Positions 11,801-23,800 of a DNA stretch of 64,000 nucleotides are shown piece by piece. Both the position numbers and the translations under genes were made by a program. This DNA is from Balanoglossus misakiensis (Eukaryota > Animalia > Hemichordata), in assembly GCA_040954595.2 (NCBI GenBank), contig CM082581.2:5262699-5326698 (forward strand). The letters are read 5' to 3'. How positions within the stretch are numbered: position 1 is the first letter of the stretch; each line of letters starts with the position of its first letter. The notes under the pieces were generated by a model that saw nothing but the letters and a program-made list of their open reading frames with translations, did not search any database and had not been told where the DNA came from.

Positions 11801-14800
11801 CCATGAAATGAAAGATAAAATTTGTTCATCTGGTTCATTTTCTGTTTAAAAACAGGATCTAGACGGTTGCACTACAACGGGGACATTTCATGAGGAAGTT
11901 GGCACAGCTCCAGGTAGATACACAGAACACGGTCTGGTGGGAGTGATTGTGTACGGCCCCATTTCCAGCCAATTGCAGGTCAACAGTCAAAACCCTTGAT
12001 AGACCCTCTCAAAGGTTTTATCAGGCTAAAGTATGGTACCACCTCTGCTTATCAGGTGACTGATTCTTTCATTTGGTATTCTACGAACAACTGCATTGTG
12101 TATGGGTGTATGGGTTTTTCCCTTTGAATTCTACGAACACCATAATGAAAGTGCTGACTGAGTGGATTTAACTTATCACTTTAAATTCTATGAAAAAGAG
12201 CATTTTCAGAAAATTATAGACAATAACTGTACATTGTGTATCATCTCTTTCGTTTTTCTTTGTTTCTCAGTAGAACCAAGTTTTCAGAAATCCCCCCCCC
12301 CCAAAAAAAAAAAAATTATGTCATTTTCACTTTGAAAACACTAATTGCTTTTCTCTCTCTCTCATGAGCCATTGAGGGTGCTAGATATTCAAGACAGAAT
12401 TTACAACTGCATTGTCCAATTCTCTTTATGCTGACAAAACCAGACAACAATTCTTCCTGCAATGCAGTTTAAAAGTTAGCTTTTATGGGAAAAATTGGGG
12501 TGCCACTTTTCCCCTTAATATTCTCAGCTAAAACGTCTCTATGACAATATTCTTATCACGCTTATATTCTATATTTTTTGATCAGACATCCACCTGGCAA
12601 CACTGCAATGACTATGATTTTCAAAGTACCAACAGGATCTATGAGCTATTCCTGGTGACAGGTAGTGTGTGATACAAGCAGGACAGAATAACACATTACA
12701 CGATGTAACAGAACAGAACAGAACATAAAACAATTAAAAACAAAATCAAGGAAGAAAAAAAAGGTAATTGAGGGTGAAAAGCAGGATAGTTTATTGCGTA
12801 TTAAAGAATACCCAGGAAGAGATTTAAATGAGAGGTACACAGAAGATGAGACTCATAGCATGCACCTTATACCCATACTAACAAAAAACCATGATGCTTT
12901 GCATGTAGATGTACACAACATGTTGCATGTAGAACATGGTAAGGTGATTTAAACCAGTAAATCCCATCACCATGATAATCATCGAATGACCTATTCAGAT
13001 AATGTAAAATGCTTGATTGATTGACGTTTGATTTGCTGATTGATTACAAAGCACAGTCACTTAAATTCTGTTTTTGATCAGAGAGGGAGCTATCATTCCC
13101 ACCAGTTTAAGTTCCATGCATAGCACCATGGTAAAACTTTGAAAGACGATTTTTCGTGCTACATTTAATAAAATCATATATTATTACAAATAAACAGTGA
13201 CAATTCCTACAACCTATCCCCTAGGTATGGATGAACCTGCATGGAATTGATGACACACCAAAAAATTTAATGTAAAAAGCCATCACCGTCTTGTGTTGAA
13301 TTGCATATTTTTCATCAGCAGGTAAGGCTAGGGCACAGGTCATTGAACAGATGCAATTTATGTTCCTACAAGTAAATGCTAGCAAAAATAAGGGAAAAGG
13401 ATTATACGGTATAGCGCCCTCTGGAGTGAAGGTTGCATCTGCCAACTATTCAAAACAGTAATGAAAGACAAGATGAATTTCAGGAAAGTGTAAATCAGTA
13501 CACATGCAATACACAGAAAAAAAAGAGGGGTGTGATTTTGTATACATTACTGAGATATGATACAAACAGGTGTCTGTTACACACGCTAATATCTCAGCAA
13601 AAATCAAGAAAGAAAATTCTCTATATACCAGTATAGTACAAATGTACATACAGTTTGGCATGCAGATTTTTAACAAATATCAATATCAAATTTCTTGGTG
13701 TTAATATTCAGAAGTTACATATTATTATTTTTTTCATATATTGCAGTAATGACTTCTGATAAAATAGAACACACACATTCTCTAATGTGCGCTAAAATTC
13801 TCCCTACATATTCAACCCAAATCTTTATTTGATTTGTTCAACTTAACCACAAGTTTCAACAACAAAGCATTATCTAAGATTAGCACACTAAACCAGAAAA
13901 AATCTGATTGGTTTTAGCTCAAATCTATTCCACAAGAACACGTACATTACTGTCTTGGGACAGAATTGTCGACGTTTTTTTTATTACAAGCTACGATTAT
14001 CAAAAGGGGCATAATGATACCAACATAATATTAGAGATTATTTATTATCTTGGGTACATTATTGCAGGATACTTTCACAATCCGTTTTCACTATTTTTAC
14101 ACACACAACACCCAGACAACCACTTCTTTCAAGTAAAAAAAATCAATCTTGCTTCAGAATGGAAAATTTGAATGTTGATCATATGCTGAAGTAATTCTTG
14201 AAGATCTTCATTATTCTAGTATTATTAAAAATCATTAACTAGTTCATCACTCTTTATTTCTATTATCCGAAATTATAATTATGTCAAAGTTAGTTTTAAT
14301 GTCATGTCACATACAAAAGGTACATGTTTATATTTCTAAGGCACCGTACCATCTGACATTGCTTACCGCCAATGAAATGCAGAATATTCCATATCAAGAC
14401 TGAATACATGTGTAACACTGATGCATATATTCCTACCAAACTCAAGTTTATATTTTGTGGCTAAAATTATCCATTTTTACACAGATTTGTCATTTGGCAG
14501 TGACAGGTTTCATGACCCCGTTTTTTTTCATACAGATGTGTGGTGCCATTTGGTTTTTCACCAAACATATGTGCAATGATTAACAGTGATAATCTCCAGA
14601 TTTCTAGATTTCTCTATAAATATCAAATTAAAATCTAAGATATGACTTTTAGCATAAAACACAGAAAACTACATTGTATGCATTACACATGCCAGAGGCG
14701 CATACCTTCACAGTTATAAACTCTCATTAACACCTACTACGTCATTCATTGAAAATTGGCTCACATTCTCGATCACTGTGGCCAATAGAATACATCGCAA

Positions 14801-17800
14801 TTACAGCTGACATTGTAATATGTCAAACCGTAGTCATGGATTTTGTTGACATGCTTCCGAAGCATGCCCTGTCCTTGCTCAATTAACACAAACACTCCAC
14901 ACTTTACTAAGAACACAATCAGACCTCACTCACTGCCATCTCTCATCATCCATTTTTCACCTCCGTTGACGATCGTGAGGCGTTTTCCACTCATACAAGC
15001 CCAGCTCTCCGTAAAAAGAACCGGGCAATGACCGTATTCTCAACATTCTCAACAAGACAGGCCATAGATCAAAGCCCTGTCTAGTCTAGAGACGGTTGCC
15101 CACTCTCTCAGAAGGCAAAGTCTTAGTAGAATAGTTGGAGTTGTCATCCACATAGTCTCTCACCATGAAGCCTCCGTTGGGCGTGGCTGGCATCCGTCCG
15201 CCGGCCGGCAACGTCGCTGCTTTACGTCGGCGCACATCGGGGTTGACCGGTGCTACAAAATGCAAGCATCACATCACCGTTACACACAGAGTATTCTCAG
15301 CGATCCTTCAGTGCGTCCTTTCTTGTTTAGTGAAAGAACTTTTAAATAAAAGTGTGCATTCTAATGAATATTCATGAACTTTTATAGTGATAAAAAACTT
15401 ACGAATATTCATGAACTTTACAATAGAACAAATCACACTTTTAACATGAGGATGTAAATACAAAAACAAATCAATCAAACCAAGGGTCATTCATATGGTG
15501 TGATGTTGGATAACTTATACTTAATACAAGATGCACACAGGGATAAATATTGGAGAAATTAAAAACATTTGCTGCAAGTATAGAATTGACTGAAGTTAGT
15601 AGTTTTGAAATTACGCTGAAGTCACGCAGCACGCAGGTCAAAGCCGATCATGTTGTTACAATGAAATGCCATCACAAAGTTTACAGTTTACCTCTAAGTG
15701 TACCGGTACATATACTCACAGTCAAAATTAAACATTGTGGTAAATCTTGGCCCTGAGGGGTGAAAGGTAACATGCATGCACAGTCATGAAAAATGAAAAA
15801 AAAAAATTATCATGCAAGGTTGACATGGTTACAATATGCAAATTAAAAGAAACCAGAGGATAATGGGATATTAGAAGGAGATGGTAAATGCGATCACAGC
15901 TGACACTGTTGAACACCTTATATGAATTAATGAAATGATGCCATTCATCAGGTTAGGCAAAGGACTATTCTTTTCCTATGTAAAAAGGTAAAGTTGCCTT
16001 TCATAGATTACATGTTTTGATAGGAGAAATGGTTTTAGTAAGAATGAGGCAATCTTTGGATAGAAAAACTTTTGCAAAATCATTTACAAAAACAAGCAGG
16101 TCAATCAAGCCAAAATGAAAAAAAAAATGTTTGACAAGCCAGTCACAGTGAGGTCACTTCAAGAAATGTATAATTTATGTTACCTCATAAAATCATTGTT
16201 TTGGATATTAACAGGTATGTGATGTACAGTTAAGTAATTGTGTGTATGTGTGTGTGATAGTACTATATGGGAGTGTGTGTTGTAAATATACAGGAATGCA
16301 GAATACAGGTGGAACATGGGCAAAGTGGATGTGAAAGATTAATATCTGGCTACAAATACAGTAGATGTAAAATCAGCCAGCGGACGTCTCAAAGAAAAAG
16401 TGCCCGGACATTCCATGGTGACACCTAGCTGTTGGATCAATGGCCACAAATATTTTACGCCAGTGCCAACTTTGGTTTTCCATGGAAAATATTCTGCATC
16501 CCTGCTACATGGACATGCCTGTGTCCATATATTGTGTACCGTGCAGTGTGATAACCCACCTGCCGATTTCGGCTCATATAAGGGGACTGGATGATTCAGG
16601 TGAAATAACAGTTGATGAGATGAGAAAGAAAGAGAGAAAAAAAAGCAACAATGGTGAGTAAACCAACAAATCCATCAAGTCAAGTCAAATCCCATCACAA
16701 AGTGAGACATTCTTTTCTGGGTCATTCACCTTCATGAAAACACCTTCTGCAATAGTAGCCATCTTGCAGAAATCAGTCCCATCACCATAGAAACACATTT
16801 TCAACAAGTTATACACACATAGACAAGATCATGCAACCATGTGCATTCAAAGTAACAAACATTTACCTTACATCATGTCAGTGCCATATTTACTGACAGA
16901 AGAAGTGAACACACCTGGCCATGACATACTAATTATTATCATCATACTCAAGGAACTGCATGGTTTGCATTGCGAGAGTGTAGCTTCAAATTTAAATTTA
17001 AATAAACACCAGGAGCGACTGGGGTGGAATAATAGCTGGTCCACATTATAATAAAACATCAGATTTCATTTTGAATGCTGTATATATACTAACATGCAAA
17101 GCCATTGCTACTTGGAAAAGCATCTTATAACTATAGAAGCAGCATCTGACTTTGCAATAAACCTAGCTCACTTTTTTTCGTTTGCAGCCATATTTTTTTT
17201 GCATCTGCTATAAAACTATTATATCACTGTTTACATTTGCAACACTTTTTCCCCTTCACATATTACAAGTGCACTATGGCAGCCTGTGATTTGCTAATTA
17301 TAAGCTTCACAACAGAAGTGCTGTACATTGTTACCATTGCAGAATTCTCCCCAGAAATTTCAGTTTCATGTGAAACACCTAAAAAGGTAACTGGTCTGAG
17401 GAGAAAACTGCACTGGTGATAATGTTATTGAAATATAGTTGAACTCAGAAAATCAAATATTCAGTATCATGGATGATGGAATATAATTGCCAACAAATTA
17501 CAGTTATCCACTGTTATGCGAGCTGTCTGACATCTCTGCATGTGCATAATATTGCAACTGAAACAGAAATTTTCAGTGATGATACAAGTACCATGTATGT
17601 GCACATATCTTTGGTCACATTGAAAACTACTGGAGTATAATAGGCACAAAAATTTGCCTAATTACATGTACTGTACACAGAGAGAAAGACATGAAATAGA
17701 ACAGTATTATGGTTGCATAGGACAAGCCTTCTGTACTGATGAAGTACTAAAAAGATGAGTCCGAACACCACAGTACCGAACTTACTTGCATAAATTGACG

Positions 17801-20800
17801 TGTCGTATCTCGGTTTAATCGGTGGTTCGTGATCGGCCGACGGAGTCCGCGACGCGTTTCTCGGGTCGATATGCTCGGCCTTCTGCTTCTCCTCCACCAG
17901 CTTCTCCTTGAGAATGACTTTCCCCAGGGGAGACTTGACCTTCTCCACTTCCTTGGTGACCACCTCTTGGAACTTCCTCTCGTCGTCTCGATCGGTCTTG
18001 TCCACGTCGGTCATCGACTTGGCTCTGATGCGCCCGATGTTGACGGAGGCCGGCGGTCCCGGCCAGTCCTCTCTCTCGATCTTGGCCACTTGGTTGGCCG
18101 GCGGCTTGGAGGCGCCGGGGAACTTCGACATCTGCACCAGTTCGTTGGACAGCTCCTTGTCGATGTGACCCGGAGGTCGCCTGTTGAAGATCTGGGTGTA
18201 TGATGTCGCTGCAAAAAAAACAAGGACATCAGTAAGTCTACCGGTAATTATACAGCCAGAAAAAATATTGAAACAGTATGAAAAGTGAACAATTCCATAA
18301 ATAAAATCTGAATAATTACATAAATGCACATTTTGATCTTAATAAGCACATAAAGGCAACAAATACTGTAGCAAGATTTCAAAACCCATTACCAAGAACT
18401 TAAATGTGTAGTACAACTAAATTTCTCAAATTTTTTGTGCTTCATGTACACAATACATGTACTACCAGTATTTACTAACCACGAGCACCATACTACTTGC
18501 TTTGAAAACAAAATACCACACATACATGTATACTGGCAGATGGATGTCACTCAAAGCTATCATATGCACACTGGGCATTCTGACTCTACACCAACACTAT
18601 TAATGCCATACTCTGGTCCATTCCCTTTGTTTCAATTGATGTGGATGGACCCACACACACGGAAATAGGGATGGACGGATTAAAACTCAGGTTCACCACA
18701 CACACAGCTCTATCAGCAACAGGTGAAACATCAGAGGTTTACTTTGTTAGTAGTGATATTTTAGTGAAAAAAACCCATACAAGATGATTTCAACGATCTA
18801 GTTAGTTAATTATTATCACTTAATTAGCACTAAAAGAAAAGTTGGTTAGTTGTTATTCTTTACCATATTGGTACATTCAAAATAATGTGTACCTGGTCTA
18901 GGTTTATTTTTAGGTGAATATTTCTGTAATTTAGGCACATTGCTGAAGGAAAATTCTTTCTCTGCAGCGAAAAAAGAAAATAACAAAACTAATTAATGAT
19001 GTGGGTGTATTATGTGAACAGTGAGCCACAAACATACCGTAGATATCAGAAAAACCACATCACTGTACTACAGGGGTATATAAAACACATGATGGAATGC
19101 CTACTATATATGGGTTCAGATATCAAATCAGATGGGGAACCCAATCAAACTACTGTCTAACGTCTCCGAATCTTAATAAACTGAGCTTTCATTCAATACA
19201 ATTACTAATTAGCTTATCAAGCAGATTTGTGATGTTAGATACAGCATTTGTTTACGAGTTAGAATTAGTATTTTGTGACATTCTGACAAGGTCTCACATT
19301 TCATCACTGGCAATTATCATGCTGGTTTGGCAGAGGTTAGTAGGTTAACAGAAATGCGTGATTTCATTTTGAAGCAGTTTCCTTTCCCCTATTCTATGTT
19401 TTTAACAACAAAATAAAAACACACATTTTTTTTGGCCATGCTAGAATCTCAAGCAAAGACTGACAAGAGTTGATATGAAACTTGAAGAGAGAATAGGATG
19501 TTCACAGCAACAGAAATTGAAGACAGTGATCGTGCACATGAGATAGAGAGAGAGAAAACAGAAATGGATGCATGGTGGTGATAAAATGCAATCGCAAGGT
19601 GATGTGAAATTCATGCTAAAATTAATAGAAATTGACTGGAGATCACATAACATTACCAGGCCTGACGTAGTCTGGTTTCGGAAGAAATTCAAATTAATTC
19701 ACATGATGCACATACATGGAGTCAGTGGAAAAAAAGAGAAGGAAAAAAATGAAGTGATTAACAAATGTTGGTATAATGTTCTCTGATGAGAAGATATCTT
19801 TTGAGTAAATGTTGACTTTGCCCCAATTAACACACAATGACAAATAACCGACCCAAAATAATAGAACAGGCAGCTAGGTGAATTGGACATGAAATGCATA
19901 ATATCAATGTACTTGTCGTCTAAAATCCACCATCAGAATTGGATGTTGTGTGTAATTGTGACAAGATGTGATGTGATTTGCCGTGACATAATGATTTCAA
20001 TCTGATGTATAGTGTGCTGTACAGTGATGTGTAATGTACTGCAATACAATGTCATATAGTGTGCCATGATTTCTCATCAAAATTGCAATATTTCTAACTG
20101 TACTGACAAGGTGAACTTGTTACAGATAGTTCCCATTTCACAATACAGCATCAATTTCTGCTTGAAGTTTAGCTTGTGGCCGTTAGCACCCTCTATGGGC
20201 AACTTGCACACCTGAGTTATTCAAACTTGTAACCAGTTTAATAGGATTCTCTGAACCATGGCATGACATTTGGTTTTGGAGATATCTTATAACGCCAGGA
20301 TAAATAAAAGTTGCCTTGCAGGTCGTTGGTATACAGAAAGAATACTGAAAAAACAGTCAAAAGTTACAGCTAATGAACCTTTGATATACCCAGTCACAGC
20401 CAACAATTTACCTCAAACCACATACTGCCAAACAATCCCATCATTCCCTATAACATTTCTCACACTTCTAGATCTTACCTGGTCTGTGGAAGTTTTGAGA
20501 CTGAGGATCAGGTGACTTAGGTGGTCTTGGGTAGACATATCCCCCACTGTATGATGGTGAGAGATAGGACTGGGAGATATTTGGTGTCGAGGGGCTCCCC
20601 ATGTTGGGCGTCGATGGGCTTCCCATATTGGGTGTAGATGGACTCCCCATGTCGTATGATGGTGATACAGACACAGAGAGATAACTTGGGCTGGTGCCGG
20701 TTGACAGTCTTGGTGTTGACTGGTACTGTGGAATAGTAAGTTTACAAAAGCTTAATCTTAAGTAGTTTGCACCTCAAAGTCTTAGGCTTTTTCTCATATT

Positions 20801-23800
20801 TTGCACATGACAAGTTTAGATTATTCTCTCTCAAAAATGAGAATACAAATTGGGGGTAACTGTGAAAAATGTTTGAAAGATCGAGAGATCAAATTTGAAA
20901 ATCAAAATGGCCGCCAATCTCGATAATTACATGATAGAGAAACTAATTTTCTCATTAGTGTATTTTAGGTCAAAAATGCTATTTTCCAGGAGTGTTCGGA
21001 AAATCAACATGTAATGATATTTGGCAGTCAGTTTCCTAAGACTTTCCAAACGTAAATCATTTTTCTAGGTACCTCAGAACTTTCTCAATTTATTTGTTTT
21101 AAATTCCAGGACTTTTGATGAGTGTCAAGACTCTATTATCATTTACATGTATGAGACCATTTTAGTTTTCACTGATCAATATTACCATTTAATCTACAGT
21201 TAATATTTGATAATGGGAATTTTTAAGTAATAATTAATAATTTACAAATTTTTATTCACATACAGTAATCTTCCTTCGCTAAAGTTTTTTACAATCTTAT
21301 CGTGGCATATGTGCGATTTCCAGATTGAAAACAGGCACTACGGTGATTTTTGTTTTTTACTGCATTACCAAGGGGAGAACCATTTGATTTCTTGGAGGGT
21401 GTGGATGGAGGATTTTTGAAGGAAGAAATATTGTTGGCAGATGGTGCAGAGGAAAAAAAATTTTCTGCAATGCCTTGAGGAAAATGGACTGGAAAACAAA
21501 ATCTACGGCTGAAAATAAATAGCTGACATGCCCTAATCCTCAATACACCCCCCCCCCTCCGAAAATTAAATGGTTCTCCCCTAACAGTAAGAAATACCAA
21601 CCTTACGGCTGTGTCTGCTGTAGTTAAACTGTCTGGCATTCTCTTTAATAGAGGTGGGTGAAAATGTAAAATACTGTAAAAGAGGATGAGAGTTTTTTTC
21701 TTTAATCAGTGGGTTATATTGTGGTGTGAACTGTCATGCTGTGTTAGGGTGTCGTACATGCTGTGTGTTATTGTTGTTGGTCGAGGTGGGGAATTCTGAA
21801 GACGTCAGCAGGGGTGGTTGGGATTCCCATACTGACAAATAGAGGGACGAGCTGTTGACGGTTCTCACCACTGAGGGTGCTATTTAGAATGTCTGATGCG
21901 GCGGTCCAGGTGACCAGGTGTAATTGATAAACTATAATTGTTTTTGGCATAATAAATGAAATCACTTCAGTCAAATTGGAAAAGTAAATCGTGAAACGTT
22001 CCAGAATATGTCCATGTTCGTGTATTTCCAAGGACTCGAACTATTCATAAAAGTATAGAGTATGATATTTACAATCAATCTGCATTCACTCTCACACCAA
22101 TACTGATCAGTTACCTTAGGGTCAACTCCATTGAACGCTTTGCGACAATCCGGATGCCATATTGCTGCTCCTGTGAATATATAAGTCAGTATGACTGCAT
22201 AAATGAATGAATTAACAAAGTATGAATGAATGAGTTAATATAAATGAATGGAAAATATCATTACAGATTTTTTCCCCTCACAATGAGGTCACTTTGCTCT
22301 AGCCTAAATGAGACAACCAGAGCAGCAACTTTGAATTCTGTTGGTCAATTCTGTTGGTCATTGAGCAGAGAGCCAGTTGGCTTGAAGTCTATCACCTCAA
22401 CTTCTCCACCAAAAATCTAACGACCACATCACAAAAGATAGATTCTCAGCGAGTTAACGCCACATTAACAGTTTCTATGCAAAAAAAAAGAAACTCCTGT
22501 ATGTGATAGAATGCCAGCAATTAAAAAAAGTGAGGATGCATGTAAATGTAATACAAACCTTGTAAATACATCTCTTCTCCTTCTTTGAAAGTATAACCAC
22601 ATCGTCCGCATTTGGAACAAGATGGGTGGTAATGCTTATCACCAGCCTACAGACAGGTAAAATGCGGAAAAAATGAAACTTAAGATACATGTCCAGATAA
22701 AATACACAAGATAAACCATGGTGTCACACACAGACTACAAATATATCATTCTTTATAAATATATTTTTCTATGGATGAATGAACAATTTGTTTAGTGGTT
22801 TAATCCAAGCAGTTGAATTCCACCGTTTCATTCTGAATTATATCACCAGTGTGAAGAATTGCCAGCTGTTTTTTCGTGATGCAAAATATTTGCTGAATAA
22901 CAATGTGTGGATGCCTATATAATTCACACCTAATACTGTCTCTGAGCATATCCCAAGATGTCTTGACTCATTCATTCATTCATTCATTCATTCATTCATT
23001 CATCCATAACAACTATTGCAATGCACACAGGGCCTTGAATTGTATCGTACATGGACTTCCTGATAACCAAGATCTGTCACATCTGGGTGTTTTAATCAAA
23101 ATATCACCAGAATGGCTAAGAGATGCTTCGTATCTTATTTTCTACATTCCAAAGCTACAATCTCTACCACTGCTTTCCCTCATCATCTTTGACTGGGCAT
23201 CAACCATTATGGTATAAGAAAAGTGAAACACGCTAGCCAAGTCTTGTCTCAATGTGTATCCACAAATTATTCTTTTCCTGAATTTATTTTTCAAACTTTG
23301 CCAGTACTCTTGTATTAAATTAGACATCATGTCAGATTTACAAAATGTACGTCTTCGAGTTTATTTGTATTATGTCTGTTTGTCTATCTGTTCTGGTAAA
23401 AGTACGGTGTAAGACTTATGCCTGTTTATTTTATTTTCAGGAAAGAAAAAAAGGAGAAATAAAATAAGTGGAAGAAAGAGAGGAAACATTTGAAATCTAG
23501 TTTAATACACTGTCACAATAATTATAGAACGTCCTTCATCAAGAGTGGAATCTTCAGTATAATTCAAAACTGATATCAAATTACTAAGATCTAACCAATT
23601 ATACCACCTCAGAATGGAACTTTAAAACGCATTGGAAATGCCTGGCATATCCGCACATGCACGCATGATTGTGTATAGACTGACTGAATACGAAATGCAT
23701 TTTGTCAATGACCACATATCCTGACAAAACATTCCATCACATATTCAGCAAATGGACAGAAACCCGGACAACCTCGGAGGAATTATCCCAGCATCCCTCG

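Noticed and set aside
12630-13445. Further small AG..GT units near 12651 and 13438
   Set aside because: Lengths are not multiples of 3 or donors are weak; no convincing in-phase path.
16730-16762. 33-nt unit with a gtgaat donor (NGYYCRRCFHE or MATIAEGVFMK)
   Set aside because: Weak AAG acceptor without a pyrimidine tract and an ambiguous frame.
17829-18203. 124-aa and 86-aa plus-strand ORFs
   Set aside because: Antisense shadows of the GC-rich abLIM exon; no independent motif or splice structure.
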